From contig NC_047016.1 of assembly GCF_902652985.1 (NCBI RefSeq), forward strand, positions 18,414,001 through 18,478,000: a DNA stretch of 64,000 nucleotides, given 5' to 3'. Each line of letters begins with the position of its first letter. Position 1 is the stretch's first letter. Both the position numbers and the translations under genes were made by a program. The stretch comes from Pecten maximus. Taxonomy: Eukaryota. Shown in pieces: positions 1 through 12,600 of the stretch. Below the pieces are notes generated by a model, which saw only the letters and a program-made list of their open reading frames with translations, ran no database searches and had not been told where the DNA came from.

Positions 1-19
1 TTAACCAAATACACAAAAT

Positions 20-160
20 CTACGTATGAATTCTGTGTGTATACTGTTTGTCCGCCAATCTCATTCTCATTGTAGTGTGATGAGAAACCACAAAGTCCTC
101 TGTCCACTTCGTGAAATAATCATACATTGCAATGATATACATGTGTGTTTCCAGACTCGG
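20..160 (-). mobile_element. Gypsy/Ty3 integrase remnant
   Basis: YIIAMYDYFTKWTEDFVV resembles the rve integrase motif YILVxxDYFTKWxEAFP. Confidence 0.5.
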
Positions 161-680
161 TAGCCAGAGATTCCAACCCCGGACCAGACTTTTGCCTAGC
201 CACAGGCGTCTGCTTATGGTTAGCATTCATGGGGAGGAAATCTTAGCCCCCCACTCCTAATATATCAACCCTGTTAGTATAGGAGTAGGGGCTACTATCT
301 TTTTCTATAAATACTTACTAGATACAGGCGCCTGTGACTAAGCACACTGATCGGATACTCTACAACATCTTCTGGTACCTTCATACATTACACTAATGGT
401 GACTTAATGGGTGGGATTCCAGCCATTGAAATATTAGTATTCCTCATGCACACTTCAACACGTGTTCCCTTTGAAAATATCCTTATTGTTTTGGAACTGC
501 TTAGTCTTTAGATTTTTCAGTTAGTACGACCTATCAAGGATTGCGTTGTTGTGATTTGGATAAGGACACATGCATCCAATATAAACATGTGATTCAAATG
601 CATTTTGTTTGAAAGAATGGTACAACTGTCTTAACATTTAAAGATATCTTCGATTTATGATTAATCACTTATTCAGTGGA

Positions 681-3600
681 ATGGATATGAAAAAGGAACT
701 GCTAGCCGGCCTGATGTCGACGCCTAAATATATACCTGGTTGGTATATTTACGACAAGGAAGGATCGAGGCTGAACGACGTTTGTCTAAAGGAAAATAAA
801 AACTACTACTTCCATAGGTGTGAGCTGAATGTATTAGAAACCCATCTTTCGGTAAGTAATATTTATAAGGCGTCTAAAAAGAAAGGAATCCCTTCGATAT
901 TCATTTCATGCTATCGGTAGAGTGAGGATGTCGAAAATCTATTTATAGTAACAGTGACTTCAATTTCGACCCCTTTAGGTTGAAACCCCAAATTTACCCA
1001 AAACCTGATGGTCGTGAGTAAGTGTATGGAGTTCAAGGACTGTCGGAACATTAATGAAGTCGAGGACATCAAACATCTAGTTAAAGTAACAGTTACCTCA
1101 TTTTGTCCCAGGTTGTGAAAGTATAAGAGATGATGGGTTGTGAGAAAATCAGCAATAAAGTCCGTAGAAAGAAGACGTGGAAAATCTATTTATAACAACA
1201 GTGATATCATTTTTTGGTGACGGCAAAACCCTAAAAGAATTCATGGCTATGAGCAAGTGTATGAAGTTTCGGGACAATTGCAATACTAGTAAAGTCGGTA
1301 GAGACAGGACCTCGAAAACCTATTTTTAGTAACAGTGACCTAATATTTGAGTGTGCGCAGGTGGTTGAAACGCAAGTAAGTGTGTGGAGCTTTAGGATAT
1401 TTGGGTCATTAATGAAGTCGGTAGTGCAAGGACGTCATTTGATATCAGTTTTAATAGTAGTTTGATTATTTCATGGTCAAATTTTCGCTACCACGTTCTG
1501 GCTCACGAAAGAAGTGTCATCCCTGTAAAAACAACCCTCTATCCGGTACGTAGGGACTACCCATCAACCAAGTCATCTCTATAGAATATGAATACCTTCA
1601 CATTAATCGCGCTCCAGGATTATAGATTTTAGGGAGGAGTTACAGATAATGACAAACCACATGGGGTAACGTCAATATTAAAGAGATCGTTAAATATATC
1701 ACAGAGCAGGAATGTCTGCTAAGTCTATTATCATCCAACTAAACATTGAGGGTAGCTCACTTCAAAGTCTATTAACATCCAACTAAACATTGAGGGTAGC
1801 TCACTTCAAAGTATATTATCATCCAACTAAACATTGAGGGTAGCTCACTTCAAAGTCTATTATCATCCAACTAAACATTGAGGGTAGCTCACTTCAAAGT
1901 CTATTATCATCCAACTAAACATTGAGGGTAGCTCACTTCAAAGTATATTATCATCCAACTAAACATTGAGGGTAGCTCACTTCAAAGTCTATTAACATCC
2001 AACTAAACATTGAGGGTAGCTCACTTCAAAGTCTATTATCATCCAACTAAACATTGAGGGTAGCTCACTTCAAAGTCTATTAACATCCAACTAAACATTG
2101 AGGGTAGCTCACTTCAAAGTCTATTAACATCCAACTAAACATTGAGGGTAGCTCACATCAAAGTCTATTAACATCCAACTAAACATTGAGGGTAGCTAAC
2201 TTCAAAGTCTATCAACATCCAACTAAACATTGAGGGTAGCTCACTTCAAAGTCTATTAACATCCAACTAAACATTGAGGGTAGCTCACTTCAAAGTCTAT
2301 TAACATCCAACTAAACATTGAGGGTAGCTCACATCAAAGTCTATTAACATCCAACTAAACATTGAGGGTAGCTAACTTCAAAGTCTATCAACATCCAACT
2401 AAACATTGAGGGTAGCTCACTTCAAAGTCTATTAAGATCCAACTAAATATTGAGGGTAGCTCACTTCAAAGTCTATTATCATCCAACTAAACATTGAGGG
2501 TAGCTCACTTCAAAGTCTATTATCATCCAACTAAACATTGAAGGTAGCTCACTTCAAAGTCTGTCAACATCCAACTAAACATTGAGGGTAGCTCACTTCA
2601 AAGTCTGTTAACATCCAACTAAACATTGAGGGTAGCTCACTTCAAAGTCTATTAACATCCAACTAAACATTGAGGGTAGCTCACTTCAAAGTCTATCAAC
2701 ATCCAACTAAACATTGAAGGTAGCTCACTTCAAAGTCTGATAACATCCAACTAAACATTGAGGGTAGCTCACTTCAAAGTCTATTAACATCCAACTAAAC
2801 ATTGAGGGTAGCTCACTTCAAAGTCTATCAACATCCAACTAAACATTGAGGGTAGCTCACTTCAAAGTCTGTTAACATCCAACTAAACATTGAGGGCAGC
2901 TCACTTCAAAGTCTATTATCATCCAACTAAACATGGAAGGTAGCTCACTTCAAAGTCTATTATCATCCAACTAAACATTGAGGGTAGCTCACTTCAAAGT
3001 ATATTAACATCCAACTAAACATTGAGGGTAGCTCACTTCAAAGTCTGTTAACATCCAACTAAACATTGAGGGTAGCTCACTTCAAAGTCTATTAACATCC
3101 AACTAAACATTGAGGGCAGCTCACTTCAAAGTCTATTAACATCCAACTAAACATGGAAGGTAGCTCACTTCAAAGTCTATTATCATCCAACTAAACATTG
3201 AGGGTAGCTCACTTCAAAGTATATTATCATCCAACTAAACATTGAGGGTAGCTCACTTCAAAGTCTATTAACATCCAACTAAACATTGAGGGTAGCTCAT
3301 TTCAAAGTCTGTTAACATCCAACTAAACATTGAGGGTAGCTCACTTCAAAGTCTATTAACATCCAACTAAACATTGAGGGTAGCTCACTTCAAAGTCTGT
3401 TATCATCCAACTAAACATTGAGGGAAGCTCACTTCAAAGTCTGTTAACATCCAACTAAACATTGAGGGTAGCTCACTTCAAAGTCTATTAACATCCAACT
3501 AAACATTGAGGGTAGCTCACTTCAAAGTCTATTATCATCCAACTAAACATTGAGGGGAGCTCACTTCAAAGTCTATTAACATCCAACTAAACATTGAGGG

Positions 3601-6600
3601 TAGCTCACTTCAAAGTCTGTTAACATCCAACTAAACATTGAGGGTAGCTCACTTCAAAGTCTGTCAACATCCAACTAAACATTGAGTGTAGCTCACTTCA
3701 AAGTCTGTTAACATCCAACTAAACATTGAGGGTAGCTCACTTCAAAGTCTATTAACATCCAACTAAACATTGAGAGTAGCTCAACATAAATGAAATGAGA
3801 AAGCGTTTTGAATAGTTAAATAAAATAGATAAATAACCAAAAATTCTAAGAAAAACAATAATCCCAAAATATTTAAAAAAAAAAAAAAAAAAAAAAGATT
3901 CGCGACGTGTTCCACTTGTCGACCATGTTTCGGTATTTCGGTGTCCTTGGTCCGATTCGGTTTTATTCTTATTCTCGTCCCCCGTTTTTCCTTTATTAAG
4001 GTGTTTTCTGTCAATCCCTAGGGTGTGATTTCTTATTTCTTATTACTTGTTGACATTGAATTTGTTATCAATAAATTTGATCAACTTGACCTTGCGTAAA
4101 TAAAAATTAGTATGATGCAAGATCATCCCCTGCCTAGAAAATATGACGGAGAAATCACCAACTATTTTGATGTTCCTGAATGTCTTCTCGACAGAGCTTC
4201 GAGTTAGACAGTAAAGTTTGTAACATCTTCTCTGTCACACACTCCAGGCAGGGGTAGCTTATATCATACTAATTCTAGGACATGTTTCCTAATTTGCCGA
4301 AATAATATTTATATTTACTGACCCAAATGATGTTCATATTTTGGGCTAATCATGTCCCTGGGTACTAAATATATCGCTCGTTCTTACCTTCATTTATTTT
4401 ATTTTTGCAGTCTATGCTGACATTTGATACCGAGAACACCGTTCTAGTCGACATGGGGAGCGGGAACTGCCAAAAAACACGCTTATTTATTGATAATATA
4501 TTACAAAATCAAGACAAGCTGACTTTTTATCCCATTGATATTTCACATGGTATGTAGTCTGCTATACTCAGATATTGTTAAAAGTTTAAAGGAATATGTT
4601 ACAGGTATCAAGATCTCAGTTGAAGGCTGTGAAATCTGGTTACGGGCGAATCCCAGAGTATGATGTAACATAATATAGTGCAATTGGTTTTCTTTCGTAT
4701 GAATTTTTGCGCCTTTCCAACAAAATAACTCCATTTAAGAACGATGTTCACGAACTTCGGGGCCAATTTCAGACGCTTTCATTCTACCATCTCATTTGAA
4801 AATACATAACTGGACACAGCTTTGCGACACCCTAGCCGGTCAAATTATAATGACTAGTGGCAAACCATGCCTACTGTCTCTGAAATAAGATTTTCAGCAG
4901 AGAGCAGCAATTAACAGTTTCGGGTTACATTATGCATATCGGCCATGGGAGAGATCCCATGACACCCCTGATATGGACGAACGTTCATCTTTTGGCCAAT
5001 AGTGAGATGTAATCCATTATCGTCTTAAATTTTATAACTGTTTTTTAAAGTCTTATAGTAACACTTAGATACTAATGTTTTACAGGAAAATATATCATGG
5101 AAGTGTGGTGAACCACTGTTGTGTGTTATGTTACCTGTCGTTCCGGACTGTCCGTCTTCTACTTTGTTTATTAGTCTCGACGTCAGGTAGACGTTTGTAA
5201 GTAATATACACCTAGGAGGTTTAGAAGCGTTCTAAAGATCCTGATTTTATAATAGGTGGCGCTAGTTTCCCTTTCGCGAGAGTATAAAAGGCGGCGGTCG
5301 AAACTAGATATTGTTCACTTCTTCGTCTGACACGAACGAGATAAGGCCGGACAAAAAGGTATTAGTTAAGATATAGACGTGCCTGAACAAGGCTTCCCTA
5401 TATCAAAGTACTTATTGTGTATGTAATAACTTACGGTAGAGTACGGAGGCAGATGTGCCTGAGTAAGGCTTCCCTTCTCCGTGGGGACTCTAGTTAGTCT
5501 ATGTGATCGGTACATCACATACGTTGTTAGTAAGTGTATTAATATCAATAGCCTTGGGTCTGCTCGTGGTTTATAAGAAAGTGTCTGAGAGCCGCGAGTG
5601 TTGTACTGTACGTACATGCCTAACGTTAAATATATGCTAGGGAGTGCTCAGTAAGAAGTGAGTACTCGGTGAGTGCTCGGTAGAAGTGAGTGCTCGGTAG
5701 CAGTGAGTACTCAGTGAAGTGAGCGCTCGGTAAAAGTGAGCACTCAGTCAAAGTGAGTGCTCACTCGGTCAATGAGTGTTGAAACTCTCTTACCCTCATA
5801 TATAAAGTAATCATAGTTGTATAATGTGATATTGCCCGGAATAAACCCCAGATAGGGAAGATTCATTTTGGTCAGGGAGCACTCATTATTTCATGTAGAA
5901 TATCATTCTGTTCTGTTAATATAAATAACTCTCTGTTTAGGTGTATTTGTATTTCTACTGTAGGATTACTCAGAGGAACTGAGCAATCATTGTGTTATAT
6001 TTCAACTGTATAGCTAGTTGGTACTTGATGTATATTACATAAACACAGCCAGGTCAGCTGTATATTTCTGTATATTTTTGCACTGAGGACTCGAGTAAAA
6101 CTAATTATATGTTAGACAATATGGATCATCAGTAGTGACTGATACGGACCCTGTAAACGTCACAGATACAAGGTAACATTATGCTCACATTTAAAATCTA
6201 CATCCACGCTTCATTATTAATCAATGTTTTAAGGGTGGTTTCATCTAGGCGGTCGGAGATGAATTCCCCGATAGGACGTGAACAATTATTGGGGTCACTT
6301 GCCGGCCACGTAGGTTTTCCCCGGTACTACAATTTCCTCCCTCAGCTAGTAAGACGCCCCCCCCCCCCCCCCCCCTCCCCCCTCTCCCCGCGTGCATTCA
6401 TTCGGGCCAACAAGAGTGGTTATTATATATTTATATAGCTTGTTTCGCAATTACTGTAAAATAAATGCAAGCTATACAAATAGATGATTTTATGCTGCAG
6501 CACATTTTTTTTGGTAATTTTCTTTTCTTTAGGTTATGTTCCTTTTTGGAACCTCCATATCCCGTCGGGGGACAAGAGCCAACAGCTCTTTCTAGTCGCT

Positions 6601-9600
6601 GATTGGCTGGTTACTTTAGCTTTTCCCAGTAATTGGACAGCTGTTGATCAATGAGGATGGTTTATGATAAAGCTTTTGTTATGTTTCAATCATATATAAT
6701 TTGACCCATTGTTTCACTCATACAAAGTTGGACACATTCCGTAACAATGTAAATAATGCACACATTTCATTGCTCATTTGTTTCACTTAAAGTTTTCCCA
6801 TTCCACAATATCTACAAATTACTTCACAACAGCGACCCTACAAACAAAATAGTGGCTGCTTTCTACGCTGCTGAACAGTGATAGTCGGATGCAAGAATTT
6901 GTGCGATCGGCCGCATGTACATAAGAGCTAACAAGATGGCTTAACAGATTATCTGACTCCACTTTTTTAGGGAATATCCACGCATTGTCATATGTCACAG
7001 TATCTGTCATCTTCTATATATCTCAACAAAGTTCTAGTTTTTTACGTATATTGCTTTACAATTTATTTTATATGCATACCAATAAAAGTCATGTTTCCTG
7101 ATACATTGCTTTCACCTGTATGCTTTGGCCTGCTTGAGCCGGCCTCAGCTTTGCAACTAACATTTTAGTTTATAACATTTGATTTAGTATCTTACTTTTT
7201 CATGTATATCAATATAAGTTATGTTCAGTTCACATCTGTTGATAACATTTGGGTTAGTATTTTAGTTTTTTTTATGTATACATTTTCTGTCGTAAAAAAA
7301 TGTTCCGTTTCATAATCGTAATGGCACTTGTCTCCATATCTACTTCGAATTCTTGCCCTCCAAAGATGTGCTGTCGAAATAGATTTATGTGTTATGACCG
7401 TCACATTTCACAAGCTTTTATATGCTGATTCTAAAGAATGAATTCGAATTTTTGCGTCGTAAAGACGTACACAGGCACTTACCTTATACATGTTTAATTG
7501 ACCTACTTGAGCCGTTCAGTTCTTCGTCATCAATTTTATCTCTTTAACAAGGCTTGTTTGCTATGTGGCGTATGTTGAATGCCCACCTAAGGGTGTAAAT
7601 TGTCATATGTATTGTTGTAAAATTATTTTGAGAATTTGTATTTTGTTCTAATACTGATGTTGAGGTAGCCATCTTACGATGAGGTTTTCAAAATATTTTT
7701 GATGATAATGATTATTATGTGTCTATAATAAATTGTCCTCTTGTATAATTCAATCATTGGTTTTAATTTAATGTGGAGCATACATAAATAGGTTTATTAT
7801 TCAATATGTACATGTATGTATCTGGTAATCTACATTATAACTTCCAAACTACTCGGTTTTGGTACTGATGTCATGCGTTTATTTGAAGACAGTTTTTGTT
7901 TCCATTTCACAGAGACTTTGTTGTTATACAAATACAATGAGACTTGATATGGCTTATTGATCTGATTATATTACAAACCGTTCCTAAATACCACCCAGAT
8001 ATAACACAAATCTGCCTATAAAGCCATTTGTTTAAGCTCCCAAGACAACAAACTTCATGAACATTTATTAAATGGTCATATTTCTGCTCTCTTGGTTAAT
8101 GTCATGGCACGGGACAGTTTGATTGCCTGACATATTAATCTGTTATAGAGTTTTTATCGGACACCTGCAGACAACTTTCTGAAGAATATGCTGAGAAACT
8201 CGAAATCAATCCTATCGCTACTGATTATGAAACTGGCATCAGTGAAATCAGGTAGGCACGGTGTGTCTTTTTTTGTTTAATTGTGTGTTAATAAAAATGT
8301 AGGATATTTGTCTTGACTATATTACACAAGGCAGTACTAGTTTTGGTCCTGATACTTACGGGCTATCAGTGTCTAAAACTGTACACTGATTTTTCTCACA
8401 TTGAAGACGGCATTGTACTAAGTCCACGAACTCTTTCTTGTTTTCATTTTAAGCATTAGTCTTTACAAAATATGAAACCAATTCCATTCCCCTGAATGCT
8501 ACCACACATGTTGTTTAATATGAGATTAAAATGAGTTCTAGGGGGATAACTTGGGTCTAATGAATCCCCCAACATGCACGTGATACAGAAATGGTATTCA
8601 AATCTTTAGATATTACGTATATTTTCAGGTATTGTGAAACTAATAATACACATGTATGTGATACTTTATTGATTTTACAACGATTGCTAAACTAGTTGAC
8701 GTGATCAGGCAGATGACCCCATATCCGATCGGTGATTCGAACCCTGGTCGTCTAGGTGAAGGGCAAGTTTGTTGCCGCTGTTGAACCCGGCCGCACAGTT
8801 TATCGTGTTTGATGGTCATTTTGTCAGATACATAATTTCTGAGTTTTACTAACTGGTCCCTTCAAACATTAATTCGTTTAACTTTTTCAGGACTTTTATC
8901 TACCCAAAATTGATTCTATGGTTTGGTAGTATCCAGATACTTGAACCTGACGACCAAATACGAATACTACAGCTGTTGAGGTCAGCGATGACAGGTTCGT
9001 ATTAAGTTCTCAGGTTTTATAAAACTTGGGCTGTATATACTAATATAAACATCGAATTGTTACAAGATGCTAGTATACGGTCGATATGAATACCACTTGG
9101 GTGATAAATACATGTAGAATGTCGCCCTTTTACTTACAGTTTGACTTATTTTGCTGAACCTAAAACAAAAACGGCGCTTAAAATTGCCTCTAACTAAATA
9201 CTGAATACCGGCAAAAATAATGTACAATTGAAGTTCATCTTGTCAACAAAAGCATAAACTAGTTTCAACACCGATTTGATTTTTTTTAGAATCTATTGTA
9301 CAAAAGGAATATTTTGTCGGATCTTTAGTTTCGTTTTCCTATTAATTTTCATTATTTGGAATTAGAGCCGTTATGGCGGATTGATATTTGATTTTGAAAC
9401 GGCAGGGTTCAAGTGGATGCATCGAGAAACTATAAGATTTCCATGGAAATGGGTATGATTTCATTGAATACCCACCAGGGAATTCTAAATGAAAGTCGTT
9501 CATAGAAAGAAGACAACGTTTCTAAGAAATGGAAAATTGACAATCATGATAATAAAAGCATGACGCTTATCATACAGCTTAGTAGTAAGCTGTTCCTGCT

Positions 9601-12600
9601 GGATACATTGTTGGGAATGGTCAAATAAGTTGGCTGATACGTTGTTGGGAATGGTCAAGGAAGATGGCTGATACGTTGTTGGGAATGGTCAAGGAAGATG
9701 GCTGGTACGTTGTTAGGAATGGTCAAGGATGATGGCTGATGCTTGTTAGTAATGGTCAAGGATGATGGCTGATACGTTGTTGGGAATGGTCAAGGAAGAT
9801 GGCTGATACGTTGTTAGGAATGGTCAAGGAAGATGGCTGATGCTTGTTAGTAATGGTCAAGGAAGATGACTGATGCTGAAGAATCTGTAGTGTCCTTCTG
9901 ATCTGTATATTTGATCTTCATTGTCAATGATGTTTAGTATTTAAAGATAAGACATTGTCAGTATATCAAGGAAACATCAGGGAACTGCAATGTGTCTGTT
10001 TCCTGTTCTTATAAGGTCTTCATTGATATCCGTCCCGCATTAAATACATCAACTCGACAAAGAGAGCTAGGGAAAAGTTTGTGAGTATGCCCCAGTCTAT
10101 TGGAAATCGTGTCACTAAACTGAACAAATATGTTGTCGCACAGAATTTCAATCTTTCTCACGATTTCATCATCTGAATATTTCCGTGTGAGTTATATAAA
10201 CACCGGATATGTTATAACATGGTTGTTGTCGGTGTGAAAATACAAAATGTAGTAATGGGAAGTGATTACAAATATAAACAGAAAACACTTAATTTGTAAC
10301 CACAAAATAGTGGTTCAACCTTACTATTGTTTTGTTGTTATGCTGCCTGTATAACTTAAACAACAAATACAATACTCACAAATGTATCATACAGTGTTTA
10401 TACTTTGTGAACCAGTATGTATTTGTGAAAAAAATAAAAATAAAAAAAGTTAATATTCAGTTGTGTGTATATAAAAAGAGGAAATGATTTCATTTTAAAT
10501 AACTTCATTTTAGATTCAACAAGGGATACTTTTTTCAGCTCTTGCTTTGCTTCCAGTAATAGAAAACATATTTAAAATAATGGTTTTAATCATTTGAACT
10601 GCATTTGAATTACAACAATGGATGTGAAAGTCACATGGATATGTATAAATGAGATGAATAAATGACATATGAGCTAAAATAACAGCTTTATAACGTTCAA
10701 ATAATATAAACATCATGAAACGTGCGTCTCTACAATATCTAAATAGTTCTTGTAAACTGTGAATACATTTGTAATTTATAATCCTCGATATTCATCGACA
10801 TTTTATGCATTTTGTTTTCTAATTAATTACATAAATGTACATTTATGACTATTTTACAGAACGCTGCTGTTTGATCTTCAGTGTCGATATAACACAAAAC
10901 AGAGAAGCGGTCATAAAGGCATACAGTGGCGTTCATGGTGAGAATCTGAATGTGTCTACATCGAAAAAACATATTTGTGCTTGATCATTTAATTGCAATG
11001 TAATGAACACAATTTGATGGTTGAAATGTTCGGCCCCCTATGCCGCCAATTGCTCTTGTCTCTAACAGCTCATTTGACAGATTCTCTCTCCATTTGACTA
11101 AAATTCAAGAGAAGTCCCAAGTCCAAAAAATGACAATCTTAAAAATTCTACATCTCTGGCAAAAGAGAAATGATCGCTTGAAAACAAGACTGTTGTATCT
11201 TTCCATACAATACCAAAAGTTATATAAATTAAGCTATTGCCAACCCCTAAATGTTTAGCTTCTCGTTTTATCTTTTAAAGTAAATACATAATTAGTTGGT
11301 CCCGAAAAACTATCATGTTCCATCTCTATAATTGGTATGTAACTTTCAGTCTTACACACGATCACTTCATGGTGGACGCAAGTTATTATTTTCATGTATA
11401 TTTTTCAAAAGAAATTAATAATGAGATATATTTTTATATCATCAGAACCATTTTTATGCATTTCCTAGACAAGTAGTGTATATGCTAACTAAATGTACCA
11501 TTCCACAGTTTATATTTAATAATCATTACTGAGCAGGACATGGGAGATCTAATCACTCTTTTAAATAAAAATAAATCCCCTAGACCGGGTGAAATATTCC
11601 CAAAATTTATCATATATAAATGTGTTATTTACCCTTTCTACCTACCTATTTATAAAGCAATTGAAACAGGTAGTATACCAGATAGATAGAAAATGGCTAA
11701 TGTAAGTAGCCTATATCAGGAATATGGGCAATATGGTGACATGTCTAATAATCGAACAATATCAGTTCCTTCCTGTTTCAGTTAAACAATGGAAACGACA
11801 GTTTTTAAGTGTAAGGAACACGATATCATACCAAAACACCAATCTGGATTCATACCTGATGACTCCAATATCAATTTTCTCTCATCCATTATCATACAAT
11901 AGCTAATAACTTTGACTCTCAGAAAGAAGTAAGAATCATCTTCTGTGATATAAGTATGGCGTTTGATCGGGTTTGCCATTTTGGACTATTGAACAAGTTT
12001 CAATGTTATGGTATTGCTGGATATTTGCTTAACTGGTTTAAATGTTATCTATCTAATAGGAAGCAAAGAGACGTCACAGAAGGATAGCTTTGCTCATTCC
12101 AAAATGTTTATTCCCTCATGGGTCTGTACTAGGTTCTTTTCAATATCCTTATTTATAAATGATTTACCTAATACTCTAAGCACACAACTCTGTATGCAGT
12201 CATAGATGATAACAATGATTCTATAGCGGATACCTTAAACATTGATTTTGAAAACATCAAATCATGGGCTGATAAGTGGGATGTTAAATTGAACTCAAAA
12301 AAACAAAATCTGTTCTTTTCCCAAGGGAAAAACACCAGTTATCCCTCATTTATCTTTGTAGACAACGGTCTTTTAACCCCTCCTTTATTTAGATCAGAAA
12401 ATTATTTTAACAGTTTTTACTCAACAATACTACGTGAATTTAATTCTTTTGACTCTGAAATGGTAAACGCATCATCTTTGAGTATATTTAAAAACAAACT
12501 GATTTCTCCCTCTAAACTAAATCAGGTAATTGTTAAAACTACTTATGTACATATAAAAATAAAGGAAGGAAAGCAAATATCATACTTTGTCAATCTCAAA

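Noticed and set aside
1721-3783. CRISPR-like array
   Set aside because: Units are head to tail with no unique spacers, there are no cas genes, and the context is a eukaryotic intron.
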